Source: Rhina ancylostomus
Lineage: Eukaryota
Assembly: GCA_030265395.1 (NCBI GenBank)
Contig: JARFYF010000052.1
Coordinates: forward strand, 126,316,005 to 126,380,004
Direction of reading: 5' to 3'
DNA length: 64,000 nucleotides
The notes below the pieces were generated by a model. That model ran no database searches, was not told the origin of the DNA, and was given only the letters and a program-made list of their open reading frames with translations. The translations under genes were made by a program, and so were the position numbers. This document shows, piece by piece, positions 1-13,085 of the stretch (the stretch's first letter is position 1; every line of letters begins with the position of its first letter).

Positions 1-82
1 ATCAGTCCAGCATGGAATCCATGTGCTGTATAACAAGGCATCTAAGGAGCCAAATCAAGGGCCAGTACTCAGAACCAAGACA
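1..82. mobile_element. End of an LTR-like element (same family as 30183-30433)
   Basis: ccagcatggaatccatgtgctg..acaaggcat..gagccaaat..agggccag.actcagaacca.gaca closely matches 30358-30433 and ends in CA. Confidence 0.7.
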
Positions 83-189
83 CTTCCAAATCTCCTTATA
101 TCTTTCTGCTATTTGGGTCAAGCTTATACTACCATTTACATTGTTATTATAAACTTAAAAAGAACATCCTTGCAAATGAAAAGTAAAGA

Positions 190-670
190 GTATGCTCAAA
201 GGGTCACTGTACATATTTGCCTTGTAGCAGGTATGCTTGAGGGTTATTGTAAAGCCCTGACTTAGAGCAAATATTCATCAGAGTTCCTGTACATGCTTGC
301 CTTATTATAGACATTGTAAGTCCCTGCCTCATGATAGGCAATTTCAAAAGCTACTGTAAATGCTTACCAAGTAACAGGTACTCTTGAAGGTGCATGTATG
401 TATCCCTTCCCTGTAGCAGGCAAGTTCAAGAATTAATCTATATCCCTGCCTCAAGCAGTACATTATAGCCTTGCCTTGCAGCAAAGGGTCTTGAGAGTTA
501 CTGTATATTCCTGAAGGAGCAGGAGTCTCAAAGGTTGAGGAATATCCTTCCCTTGTAGCAGGCAGTTTCGAGAGTTAATGTATATCTCTGCTTTGTAGCA
601 GGCAGTCTCGAGGGCTATTGTGTGTGCTTACCATACAAGCAGGCAGTCTCAAAGGGCACTATATATTGCT
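190..670. repeat. Degenerate ~40-bp minisatellite
   Basis: Unit close to ccttgtagcaggcagtctcgagagttactgtatatccctg; copies start at 551 and 591. Confidence 0.8.
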
Positions 671-2129
671 GTTTAATGGCAAACAGCCTGACTGTTATTG
701 GCAGTGGTGATTTTGTTAACAGAAAGGCATTTTTATTTTTGGAAAGTGAATTGAGGCAGTCTGCCGTTCACAGAACAGCCTCCCCAAAAACCACAATTGC
801 TAACAGAATAATCATTTTTTTGTTAACTTAATTAGATTTTGTGAACAGAAGTAGATCCCAAATCTGAACAGATTTGTACTTACAATGGAACCAGTGGTGT
901 GAATTTTCCCACTAATTATTCCTAACTACAGGCCTGGAAGTAGATATTTATTATTAGCCCATCTGTGCAATGTACGTAAACCCTGATTTTCAAAAGATAT
1001 CCTAGCACTGTGAAGCTTTGCTTACGGTAGATGTGTGTCCAAAAATATGGCTCTGGACCTCCCAGACCTTATTCATTAGATGCCCAATTTTCCATGGTAC
1101 AAATCAAAGATAAAGAGACTTTATTTTTGTCAGAAAATTCACCCAAATCAGATTCCATACTGAGCAAGAACTCCTCACACAACAGTAAAGCAAAAAAATT
1201 CATCAAGGCTTATGCCAGGATTCAAATCTCTGTAGAGCAAGGATAAAGAAAGAAAGAGAGAGAAATAAACTGAAGCAATGTCCCTGTTATTTGGACCACA
1301 CAGAGAGGGTGCCTTCAAAATCATCACCATCTGTGCAATTCTGCCACTTAATAAGGAGAGGGTGCACAACAGAGCAAGGGATATACCCATGGCACTGCAG
1401 ACGCAAGAAGAGAATGGTATCACAGGCATGTTGGAAGGATTGCGGTTCATTTGCGGCAGAGAGGCTGTTTGCAGTAAAGAGCGTGAGTTCTGTGGTAAAG
1501 AAGATACTTGGTAGCTGGTACAAAACTCTGGTTTCATATCTTGTAGTTTGTAGCTCTCATTTGCCAATGACCCCCAAACTCTTATCGTCCAAGCAACAGA
1601 AAAATCACATGAGAAAGTAACCAGAGAAATACCAGCTGGTCCATCATGTTTTTCTTGTTCAGGGGCATTGAAATTAGTCCACAGTTTCTTTTGAATCTCC
1701 TCAAGTAGCAGATACTTTGTCTTCTGAGTGCACCAAATCTAAATTGAAGATAAAGTCTCAGGCCTATTAAAGGGAATGATATTCCAAACAAAATTTTATG
1801 AATAGGTGTCCATGGAACTAAATTTCCAAAGTAGATTTGAACATATTCTCAGCATTGATTGTGTACTTGGCACAAACGACCATTGATGAATTTCTGCTAA
1901 ACAATGTCTACAAAATTAGCCCCATCTGTCAACCTACTACCTTTCTCAAAGAAGTAAACAAGACACTTAAAGCATTTTCCCAGAAGCCATGGCTGCAAGG
2001 TCTCTAATAACTCCACAACAGCCACACAGATTTTACCACAAAGTCCCTTTTAATAGCTTCTTTTTAATAACTCATATAAACCTAATGGACTAAGCCTTCA
2101 GCTTCTGGTCAATGGAAATAAAAGCTGAG

Positions 2130-3360
2130 AGATCCATTGAAAAATTGCAGATGACTTGAAAAGTGATGGTGTTGCTTGTGAGGAGGATGGTCTTAGGTTA
2201 CAGCTAAATTTAGGTAAATTCAGCAGAGCAATGTCAAATGGAATTTAATCCCAATAAGTGCAAGTCCATTTTGGGAGAGCTAATGGGGTAAGACATACAC
2301 CATGAACGATAGGCACTCGGGAAGCATTGGGGAACAATGAGACATTGGTGTGCAAGTCCATAGATCCCTAAAGGTGGCAGCACAGGTGGTAAAGTTGGCA
2401 CACTGAATGCTGGCATTCATTGGCCAGGCTATAGAGCATGAGAAAATGAAGGTACTGGTACAAATGTATAAATCTTTGGTCAGGCCACTGCTAGAGTACT
2501 GTATGCAGTTTTGGTCAGCACACCAGAGGAAGGACATAATTTCATCAGAGAGAGCACAGAGGAGATTTACAAGGATTTTGATTGGTATGTTTCAGTACTG
2601 AGGAGAGACTGGATAGGCTGGATTTGTTTTCCTTGGAGCAGAGGAGGCTGATAGAGGTACAAAAAAAATTATAAGAGGCATAGAGAATCAGAATCTTTTT
2701 CCACGGTAGGGGTATCAAAAACAAAAGGGCATAAGTTAAAGGTAGAGGAAAAAGTTTGAAAGGGGATTTGAGGGAGATTTTTTTTAACAGTGGTATCAAC
2801 AAAGAGTGGTTGATATCTGGAACTTGCTGCCAGAGGAAGTGATAGAATCAAGCACAATCACTACATTTAAGAGACATTTAGACAGACACGAATAAGCAAG
2901 GCATGTAAGGATATGAACCTAATGTGGGCAAGTATGGCTGGAGTAGATGGGCAAAAAGGTTGGCATGGATGTTGTGAGCTGAAGGGCCCAGTTCGGTGCT
3001 GTACAATTCTACGACTATATGACAGAACTATGAAGGGCCTAGATATGATGGATGGAGAAAAATATTTCCTCTTAACAGAGAAATCTAAAACCAGAGGGCA
3101 TAGTTTTAAAGTTTAGAGGGGACTGGAGGAATATTTTTTCATCGAGGTGTTTGAAATCTAGACATATTACTTCAAAAAGTGGTGGAGGCAGTTCCTCGGA
3201 TAATATTTAAAAGTATCTGGACGAGCACTTGAATCGCCAAGGCATAGAAGGCTGTGGACCAAGTGCTGATAAATGGAATGAGTACATTATGAATACTAGA
3301 TGTCAGCATGGACAGAGTGAGACAAAGGGCCAGATTCTGTGCAGTATGACTTTATGAGAT
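2130..3360 (+). mobile_element. CR1-clade LINE 3' fragments (two in tandem)
   Basis: YKSLVRPLLEYCMQFWS and KTRGHSFKV motifs; gggcc..tttctgtgc.gta 3' tails; frameshifted. Confidence 0.9.
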
Positions 3361-3629
3361 GTAAAATGGGCTGTCACCTCACAAGCAGGAACCCTACATT
3401 ATCACACAAAGTCAAGATCCATCCTGCTGTGCCCTCTCCAAAGGTTTGGACCAGGGGATGGCAGCCGTACAGTATTAATGTGGTTGCCATCTATTCAAGC
3501 AATGCCAACAATTCAAAAATCAAATGGAGCTCTCAATCTTTCTATAAATCTTTAGAAAACCACATATTCAGGCTTTCAAATGCACATTTGCCTTTTGTGT
3601 TTTGCTAGTGCTGGGCATCACAGAAAAAC

Positions 3630-4450
3630 TTTTAAGAGCTACAGAATCATAGAATAGACCTAGGCAGCGGAATCCATTTGTCACAACTGAGTCTGTGATA
3701 GATCCTTTGCAAAGCAATCCAGTTAATTCCACTTCTTCAAACTTTCCCTGCAATTTTTCTCCTTGTCAGGTATTTACCCATTTATTGTGAAGACCAATGA
3801 TCCTGTTCCCACCAGCCAATCCGGTAGTGCATTTTAAATCCAAACAATTCATTATGTAACAAAAGTGTAACAAACTGCCAATCACCTTAAATCTGTGCCC
3901 TCTGGTTAGTGACCCACTTGCTACTTATTGAGATCCTTCTTGATTTTAAGTAACTCCATCAAATCTCCATGGTCTCTACTTGAACAAAACAGTAACCTCT
4001 CATCCCTGGAACCATTTTGAAAAATCTCTTCTTTACCCTCTCCAAAGCTTTTAAATGTGCAGTGCCCAGAATAAAACACAAAACTCCATTTGGGGCTGCA
4101 CTAGTGTTTTATAAAGGCTTAGCACAATATCTCGGCTTTCTTTATGCCTCAATTTATCCATCTCATGTGCTTTACTAACTGCTATGAAACCTGTTCTGTC
4201 AAAGACTTGTGCTCAGACATTCCCTGGCCTTCCTGCACCCTTTTAAAAAATGCACCATTTAGCTTGAATTCTCTCTCCTCATTCTTTATACCAGAATATC
4301 TCACCTCACACATTACTATGTCGACTTCTGTCTGCCAGCTGTCTACCCATTCCACTAACATGTTTGTGCCAAACTGAAGCCTACTATATCTACCCCTTCA
4401 TTTACTACAATTCAAAGGTATGTGCCATTGCGCAAAATTGTGCTTTGTAC
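3630..4450 (-). mobile_element. Decayed CR1 LINE
   Basis: Reverse-strand CR1 3' features such as accttaaatctgtgccctctggtt and gtgcccagaataaaacaca. Confidence 0.7.
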
Positions 4451-4463
4451 CCTGAAATCCAAG

Positions 4464-4763
4464 TCACGGTAGTGTGGTGGTTAGCCTAACGCTATTACAG
4501 TGCAGGCAACAGGGGTTCAATTCCTGCTGCTGTCTGTAAGGAGTTTGTATGTTCTCCCCATGTGTTTGTGTGGGTTTCCTCCGGGTGCTACGGTTTCCTC
4601 CCACATTCCAAAGACGTACAAGTTAGGAGCTGTGGGCATGCTGTGTTGGCGCCGGAAGAGTGGTGACATTTGTGGGCTGCCCCCAGTACATTCTCAGTAA
4701 TGCAAAAAGATGCATTTCACTGTGTGTTTCAATGTACATGTGACTAATAAATAAATATCTTAT
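4464..4763 (+). mobile_element. tRNA-derived V-SINE (HE1-like), full length
   Basis: A-box-like tggtggttagc, B box ggttcaattcc, V-domain ggagtttgtatgttctcccc..gggtttcctccgggtgct..cccacattccaaagac, tail gtacatgtgactaataaa. Confidence 0.88.
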
Positions 4764-5094
4764 CTCCCCATGCCATCACACCTGGAAGTAATTCCAAAAC
4801 TGACAGGGCTATTTGCAGGATACATACATATACCACAGTAGTGTGAGGAGTATTCTAATGGTTTGAATGAATGAGTGACTCCATGCTATTGTGATGGAAA
4901 CCAATCAGTCTTGGAAGTGCTCAACATAAGGTTTCTTTCCATACCACCTGCTTCCTGTGGAGAAACTAGAATATTTATGGAAGGTAATCAACTCTTTCCA
5001 CAGTTTAATAAGACATTGCCCAGAAGAAACAAATTCCAGCCAGATTCCTTGTTGTCCATTTCTCTAGTCTCCAAATATTGAAGCAGCCCCTATA

Positions 5095-5280
5095 GTTCAT
5101 ATAGTGATGGAAACGCTGCAGTCCACAGGTTGAAGGAATTCCTACACTCCACAGGTACAAGGAACCCCTGCATTCCACATGTTGAAAGAATTCCTATAAT
5201 CCACATGTTGAAGGAACCCCTGCAGTCCGTATATTGGAGGAATCTGTACAGTCTTTTTGTGTAAAAGGAACTCATTGAAG
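5095..5280. repeat. 26-bp minisatellite
   Basis: ccacangttgaaggaa... units start at 5123, 5149, 5175, 5201 and 5227. Confidence 0.85.
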
Positions 5281-5361
5281 TTAATACTTGGAAGGATCTT
5301 CTACAATGCTCTTATTCAGGGAGTTCAGGATTTTAATCCAGTAACAGTAAAAAGTTGGTGC

Positions 5362-5458
5362 AATACACAAGAAGTGCTGCAGGATCTCAGCAGGTCAGGC
5401 AGCATCCATGGAGGGAAATAAGCAGTCGATGTTTTGGGCCGGGACCCTTCATCAGGGG
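5362..5458 (-). mobile_element. Penelope-derived short element with degenerate hammerhead motif
   Basis: gtgctgcaggatctcagcaggtcaggcagcatc..; minus strand reads CTGATGAAGGGTCCCGGCCCAAAAC (GAAA mutated). Confidence 0.7.
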
Positions 5459-5658
5459 CCATGGACTCATTGGTAGAATAACAGAATGGGTGGAGCATTG
5501 GCTGGTTGGCAGAAAATAGAGGGTGGGAATAAGAGGATCCTGCTCTGGTTGGCTACCGNNNNNNNNNNNNNNNNNNNNNNNNNNNNNNNNNNNNNNNNNN
5601 NNNNNNNNNNNNNNNNNNNNNNNNNNNNNNNNNNNNNNNNNNNNNNNNNNNNNNNNNN

Positions 5659-5757
5659 CAGCACATTTTCAGTAATGCAAAAAGATGCATTTCACTGTGT
5701 GTTTCAATGTACATGTGACTAATAAATAAATATCTTATCTTATTTTATCTTATCTTA
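5659..5757 (+). mobile_element. V-SINE 3' tail with (TTATC)n end
   Basis: Near-identical to 4690-4763. Confidence 0.8.
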
Positions 5758-6769
5758 ATTTGTCAAAACCTGGAAGTGGTTTTAAAACCAATCTTTGAAG
5801 AATTTCTCTGCAGACCTCTTTCCAGTCTGATAAACAACCAGATATCACCTGTTTTGGCTTCTTCTTATTTTGTAGCCCAATTGTGCCTGATCCTTTCATT
5901 CCATGTGCTTCAATTCAATGACAAGCCTATTACGTGGTCTATCTCTGGAAAATCCATATATACAACTGGAACTACACTTCCAGTCCCTCTGTCAGTCTCA
6001 TTAAGAACTCAATCAAATGATTTGCTCTTTGTGAATCAGTACAGAATCTTCATTTTGGTTCATGTCCGTCCAAATGCTTGTTAACTCCCTCCAGGTGTTT
6101 TGTTTCCACAGTCTCCCTCACCACTGATGTTAAACTGTCTGTAATTACCAGGCTAATCCTTCTTCCTTGTCAATGTACATGTCATTGCTACTGCGTGTAA
6201 ATAAAATAAAGTATTGACAGAAAATTGGACCGTTGTATTTAGATAACCTGTCCATTCTGTGGAAAACACCCTTTCTATCCCTTGGACATAATAGTGGAAG
6301 AATGTGCAGGTGCTCAAGTGGATGGGCAGTATCGGTAGGAAAATCTGGGTTTAATTCTGATTTCATATTGCAGCTCAATAAAAAAAATGATGAGGTGCAA
6401 AATTTTACTCAGTCTGTGAATGAGGAGACCTTTAACACTTTCAAAATGTGTTTCAGCTGGCTTCATCATTCCTTGTGGAAAGTATGCCTAATATTCATAG
6501 CATGTTGTATATCTTATAAAACATTGCCAGCTTTTCTGGGGTGGAGGTACACTTGAAGAGGGTGTAACCAATCAATCTGAGTTCAAAACTAAGAAGCAAC
6601 CAAACTTTGAGTCACACGTTTCCACGCAAGCCAGAAATGCAAGACCAAGCCAATTTACATATACCTTCTTAATAAGTGTAAATATTCCACAGTATTCACC
6701 CTTTGTTTACACTATGCCAGATTGGAAGTGTTTGATTTCCTGATGTATGGATCAGATTAGTGTATCAAA

Positions 6770-7170
6770 TCAGATTGGATTGATTAATTGTCATATACAC
6801 CAGGGTGCAATGAAATTCCTCGCTTGTGTGAATCTCACAGAGTAAACAGTACACATGGTAATAATAAATATAATAAATATAGCAGCGCGCTCAGAACAAC
6901 AGAATGGTGCAAAGATAGTAGTGCAATCTGAAGTAGTGCAAAAAGAAATGTTAAAGAGACAATAACAGAATAACCAANNNNNNNNNNNNNNNNNNNNNNN
7001 TAAAGTGGCAGCTTCACTGGGAAGGGAGATGTGAAAGAGGTGATTGGTTCAGAAGTCTGACAGCAGTGGGGAGGAAGCTGTTCTCAAGTCTGGTCATCTG
7101 GGCTTTCAAGTTCCTGTGTCTTCTCCCAGAAGGTAGGAGAGATAAAGGGAATGGCCAGGGTGGCAGGCAT
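6770..7170 (-). mobile_element. Rex1/Babar-like LINE 3' fragment
   Basis: Reverse-strand tail (ttgtcatatacac..gtgcaatgaaattc) and gggaggaagctgttct..tgggctttcaagttcctgt, the reverse of the ORF end seen at 54890-54950. Confidence 0.65.
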
Positions 7171-7189
7171 GCACCAACAGTGGGAGATG

Positions 7190-7910
7190 GGAGTTTGACA
7201 AGTTGTTGTCACAGTGATCTTGAAATCAAGCATGCAGGACTTAAATAAGGTGAAAATTCCTCAGTCTGAAGGTGGAGAATCTTTAGAATCCTCTACTTCA
7301 AGTTGTTGAACATATTTACAACTGGGATATCTCTTTGGACAACAAGGGAATAAAAGCATTGATGGATCTGTAATTCAAACTAACAGAAGTTTACTATGGT
7401 AAACAAAAGCATAAGCTCACAGTCTCAGGACAGCTTCTGGCAAGTTCCACACTAAACAATTTTGCAACAAAGAGAGCAGTGAGTCACATAACACAAGATG
7501 TTTCAGCCTTAAAACAGCAACAGAACATGAAGAAATAGGAGCAGGAATAAGCCAACTGGCTCCTGATGCCTGTCCCACCATTCAATATCTATGACCATGG
7601 ATGATCTGCCCCAGGCCTCTTCTCTGCTGTGCCAGTTCCCCATAGCCCTCAATTCAAAATGCATCTAATTTCTCTTGAAATAATTCCCCATGATCTCATC
7701 TCTATAACCCTCTGGGGTAGAGAATACCAGAGATTCAATACCCTTGGTGAGAATTTGTTCCTGTACACCTCAGTTTTACAGTGATTGGCTTGTAAACATG
7801 TCACTTCATTCAAGATTCTCCAGCGAATGCAAATAGTTCAACATCTACTCTGTCATGCCCCCTAAGGAGATTAAATGTTTTAATAAGATCACCTCTCATT
7901 CTTTTTCTCT
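7190..7910. mobile_element. Decayed CR1 fragments in both orientations
   Basis: gaacatgaagaaataggagcagga..cccaccattcaata reverse tail; ggggtagagaat.ccagagattca. Confidence 0.65.
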
Positions 7911-7954
7911 AGTTGCTCAATGATTGTTAACAACCAATAATACAAGTGATACAT

Positions 7955-8620
7955 TTCTTCTTAGGCAATTCCTTGCAATTGAGGATGACTTCCTTCCACT
8001 CCGGCTTTGAGGGTTCTGAGGTGACTGAAGAGGTCATTGTAGGAACTGCAGATTCTTCCATAGATGTGGCTGGAAGTGGCTGATGGATGGGTATTTGTGA
8101 GGTTGTACACTCTTTCCACTGCTTATTCAGAGCTTCTGATGCTTGGCTTCAAGGTTCTCGATCATATTCCACTTTCAGCAGTCACGTGCCACAGATTCCC
8201 AGGAGTTAGTGGAAACAATGCTCTTCTTCAAGGAAACTTTGTCTCTGTTCATTTGGTAATCTGCCACAGCAGACTCCCAGATGAGTGTAAATTTCTGGGT
8301 GCTGGTACTGGGCATATGAGCAATGTGCCTTAATGTAGTTGACAGAATAGAGTCATAGAACTGGGGTCTNNNNNNNNNNNNNNNNNNNNNNNNNNNNNNN
8401 NNNNNNNNNNNNNNNNNNNNNNNNNNNNNNNNNNNNNNNNNNNNNNNNNNNNNNNNNNNNNNNNNNNNNTCATAGAACTGGGGTCTCAATGCGGGGGATA
8501 TTGGCCTGGGAGAAGACTTGGATGTTGGTTTGCTTATCTTGCCACTGAACTTGGAGGATGTTGCAGAGACAGTGGTGGTGATGTTTTTCCAGTGTATTAA
8601 GATTTTCAACAAACAGTTTC
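7955..8620 (-). mobile_element. RTE-clade LINE 3' fragment
   Basis: Tail ..gcctaagaagaa; an alternative frame gives LEKHHHHCLCNILQVQWQDKQTNIQVFSQANIPRIE, typical of the RTE RT C-terminus. Confidence 0.75.
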
Positions 8621-11309
8621 TTTTTTACCTCTATGGTCTTTGAACTAATACACCCATTCCTTTTCCCAAGAAGATGGGCATGTCTGCACCTTCAGGAGGA
8701 TAAAGGGAAGGGCGTGATGGCTGTCAGTTTGTGGTGACATTTTGCTTCCGAAAGCATGAAACCATCGTGATGAATCCATTGAAAGAGACATGCAAATTCT
8801 TCTTCTTAGGAAGCCATTGAAAAAGATGAGAGCAAGTAGAAACAATTAGTGGGGCAGGGGGAGACTGGGGAACGGAAGACAAGGGAGAGAGTGGAGTCAG
8901 GGAGTGAGATGGGGTAACACAGATAGATAGGGGACTGATCAGGACAAATTCTGCAAAGAGCGAGGAGAGGTGGGAAATGTAAGTAACAGTGGGTAATTAG
9001 AAATGATAAGGAGGAGGAAAGTGATTAGTCAGTGAGATAGAGAGAGGAGACAAGACAATGGAACTTGCTACTCCAAGTGCACATATTTAAAGCCAGCAGG
9101 TTAAATATGTAGATACCTTTAAAGGTGCAACAACAGCACTACTTCCTTTTAGGAATTCTTCTTAGTATGTAAGGCTCTTCTTTCTTCAATTTATCTATCA
9201 ATGTCAAATTGATGTCCTTACCAGGAGAAGTCTTTAAATATTTAACTATTCAATTCAGAACTCTGCTCCCAAAGTAACAACAATCTTTTCATCTGTCCTT
9301 AGTGAGGTTGCTTTCACTAAAAACATCCACAGAAGTTGTCCTTGAGCACTTGCCTCATACATAAGTATTCGATCTTAACAGAAATCAAAACTAGTTACTT
9401 GCATAGAAGTTGGCAAAATGTATGCAGTTTATCAGCAAGTTGAAGGAGGTAGTTGAGAGAATTAACATCTACAATGAAGGTTTCTGTCCTCAAAGATGTG
9501 TTTGTTTCTCTGTGGACCATGTAAATTTATTTGAATGTGGAAAGGGAATATGAGTCACGGTTCTTTTACCCCAACGCCACGAAAGCTCTGGATTTACAGA
9601 CCATATTGAGGAATGAAGTGAACGGTCAGGCTTTGTTGGTATTGGTTTAAAGCCACCATAGACAATCTAAGGAAACAAATCTATTTTGGTGACTGTGGCT
9701 TTTCTCATAGCAGCCCATATTATGATTGAGATGGTCAGGGATAATTCTGTATTTGAGAATATGCAAGAAAATAAGAAGACATTACAATGTGCTTTTGCAG
9801 TATGCTGCACTCCATCCAAAACAACGTTCTTGTAAGATTATTTCTGTTTATTTTCTCTCAGCTGTAGGACCATACTTAAGTTCATAATAATATATCTGAA
9901 GTATTTCCTGTACTGTCTACAATCTCCTAAACTGTATTGACAATGTTATTTATAGTGCTGAGAAATCTGGGTGCACCCATGAATTTTAAGCCACTGAGAA
10001 ACCATACTGAGCATGCCTAAATTCCTGACATCTCCTTGCAGTAGGAATTTCATACATTGGCCTGAGACCCCAGCAAGGGAAGAGAGTAACTGTTCTCAAT
10101 ACAGGACAGGAATAGTTACACCCATCTGGCTTTTCAACCACTGATTTTATTCCTTTAGCCAATCCTAAAATGATTTAAAAATTGGAACATGAAAATAAAT
10201 CAGGGTAAACAGGTGTAAAGGTCGTGTTACAGGAGAGAAGTCCAGAAGTTTAGACCAATAGCCAAGGGAATACAAGAATAAATTACAGCTTGAAAATTTA
10301 TTTCTGGAATTAAAAACTCTAGAAATTAAAGAAAAATGGTATTAGTAGAAGTGATGACTAACTTGCTGGATTGCTGTAAAAATTTGACTGGTTCACTTGA
10401 GTTCTTGATGGAATGAAGCCAAGGACCGCCAGAGCCTGGTCTAGACTATACGTGACTCCACACCAATGTGCTTGGCGCAACTAAAACAAGCAAGCCATTC
10501 ATTTATATCAAGTTGATGTGCTTGTTCAAGAACATTCTGTGCCGAGGATAATTAGAGGCAAGCAACGAATGTCCTAATTTGAAAATGAAGAAAGACAACT
10601 ATAAAGTAAAACTTTCTACCAAGAATTCTAACTTCTTGTCAGAAATCCACCTTTCAAACACTGAATCTCAACCTACATAAGAGCCCAATGGTCAGGTTTC
10701 CTGCTGCATGCTGAACTGTTATTGAACTGAACATGCAATAGTCATTTCCTGATTTGTTTTCCTTGAAATGCACCCGTTCAGGGACCAACCCTCAGAAGAC
10801 CATTTGGCACAGGTGACTAAACCAATTGTCAAAGGGCGCCCAAGTGATCATAAAGAGGTTAGGGCTGTAGAAAAATTCCATGAAGCTCGGCCCAATGCTT
10901 TACAGTATCAGATCCTACTACAGAGAGCTGGCAATAGTCTACAAACTATGAGATCCATGACTTGGAACATTATTTTGAATCTGCCGCATCCCTGTTGCTG
11001 ATGGATCCTTCAGAAGTTGTTTGATAAGATTTCTCAGATGATTCATACCCAGAAAGTGTCAACAATATGTCAAGGTGGGAAAGTTACCAGCATGGAGTAC
11101 ATCCCATTCTGTGAGATTTGAAGCCAATCGACAAAATAAGTGCAACACTGACCGCAGACACAGCCTGAATATAGCATTGTGTGTTTATTGGCATTCAGGA
11201 AGGCTTCCCTACTCTTGTCAGCTCAGTATAAATCCCAAGTACCAGGGTGAACCTTCCTTTTACTGACTTTACTAATTCTTCCCTTGTGCTGCAATGTGAG
11301 AAGAGGTAG

Positions 11310-11735
11310 TTCTTCAACACTCAGAGGGTTGTAGGTTCAACTTCCAGACCTGACACTTGAATAAAGCAACAGAGCAGTACTGAGAAGCTTCTGAACTGTC
11401 AGAGGTGCTGTCTTTCGATGAGGCGTTACACTAAGCCAACGACAATGTAAAAAATCTCACTGCATTAGTTTGGAGTTCCAGGCAATATTGCAATATTTCT
11501 TCTTCAAACAATATCACTAAAACAAGTAAGATTATATAGTTATTATTACATTGATGTTTGTGGGAGTTTGCTCTGCACTAATCGTTCATTACACTTCCTA
11601 CACTACACTGTAAGTATGCACAGACACAAACACTCACATGTGCACACACCCACACACACAGTAAGTCTTTAGGTGTAAAATATTTTGGGAAGTCTTGAGC
11701 TTGTTCAAGGTGTTTTTAAATGTCAGTCTTTTCTG
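11310..11735 (+). mobile_element. Deu-domain SINE (SacSINE1/AmnSINE-like) with internal CA-rich microsatellite
   Basis: gcagtactgag..ctgtcagaggtgctgtctttcgatgaggcgtta..ttattacattgatgtttgtgggag..aaatgtcagtcttttt. Confidence 0.75.
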
Positions 11736-12019
11736 TCAAAGGTTCAAAATTCTGTGGTCAAGAGCTCAAGCCTGAGATACTGTGATAATTTTGTCCCTTC
11801 AGAGATGCCTGGTCCAACTCATTTTCTGCTACACCTGTGCTCCTGAAAGCACATCACACTAAGCCTGAGCAACACTACTGGGGATTCACTAATAATAAAA
11901 GCAGCACTGACAGAAATCTTGCTAAAGACAGCAAATTTGTTGCTTAAACAGCACATAATTCTATTAGTTTTTAAATAATTATGGAAAAAGATAGGACTGA
12001 TCCATAAGTTCAAGTCCTA

Positions 12020-12600
12020 AACTGGGGCAAGGCTAATTTTTGGTGGCATTAGACAGGAACTGGTAAGGATAGACTGGGAGAGGCTGTTTATAGGTAAAGG
12101 GATGTCTGGAAAGTGGGAGGCTTTTAAAAGGGAAGTAGAGAGAGTTCAGGGACAGCATATTTCTGTTAGAGTGAAGGGCAAGGCTGCAGGATGAAGAAGC
12201 CCTGGTTGACAAGGGATATTGAGGCAATGGTCAGGAAAAAGAAAAGAGGCATATGTCAGGTATAGGCAGCTGGGATCAAGTAAATCCCTTGAGAGAGTAA
12301 AAGGGATGTAGGACTATACTTAAGAGGGAAATCAGGAGAGCAAAAAAAGAGGACATGAGGTAGCTTTGGCAGATATAGGAAAGGAAAATCGTAAGTGGTT
12401 CTTCAAGTATATTAAAAGCAAAAGGGCAACGAGGGAAAGAATAGATCCCCTTAAGGACCAATGTGGTCATCTATGTGTGGAACCTGGGTGAGGTGTTAAA
12501 TGAATATTTCTTATCTGCATTCACTGTGGAGAAACTCATGGAACCTAGGGAATTCAGGGAGGTGAACAGTTGTGCCATTATTAACGTGCTCACACTGGAT
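12020..12600 (+). mobile_element. CR1 ORF2 fragment (EN-RT linker)
   Basis: Purine-rich; GEVLNEYFLSAFT motif. Confidence 0.8.
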
Positions 12601-12739
12601 CAGGGGAGATTCCTCATCATGTGCCCTCTGAATTATTGTGAGTAATGTGAAGATTGAAAGATCACTTGTAAATAAGTGGTTGGCAGCATAGAATAAGGAG
12701 TCTGGCATCTTAAATGATGTGACTGCTGGGTAATGTATT

Positions 12740-13085
12740 ATGTGGAGCTTGCAGGATGGCACCCATTGCTTTGGGTCTACAGGATAGTTATTGAGTGGAG
12801 TCTCTAGGATGAGGTCCATGCTTTGGGTCAACAGGACGGAACACGCCCTGTAGGGTCTGAAGGAAGGTTCCCATTGTATAGAGTCTTTAGGGCATTCATC
12901 ATATTGTGTAGTTTACAGGATAGTGGCCATTATGCTAGATCTACAAGATGTTGCTCATTTTGCTGGGTCTGCAGGATGGTACCAATTGTGTTGCATCTGC
13001 AGAATAGTGCCCATTGTGTTCTGTCTACAGGGCATTCCACCATCGTATGGAGTCTGCAAGATGGTGCCCATTGCCCTTGGTCAAT
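12740..13085. repeat. Degenerate ~28-bp minisatellite
   Basis: Unit close to tctgcaggatggtgcccattgtgttgg; copies start at 12968 and 12996. Confidence 0.8.

Noticed and set aside
190-670. Regularly spaced repeats as a CRISPR-like array (also 5095, 12740, 21568)
   Set aside because: Degenerate tandem units without unique spacers, no cas genes, and a eukaryotic context.
1140-1270. Strong polypyrimidine acceptor on the minus strand (..ttgctctacag at about 1230)
   Set aside because: All three frames stop within about 60 bp; probably a CT microsatellite.
4464-4530. tRNA gene
   Set aside because: tRNA-like SINE head that continues into the V-domain.
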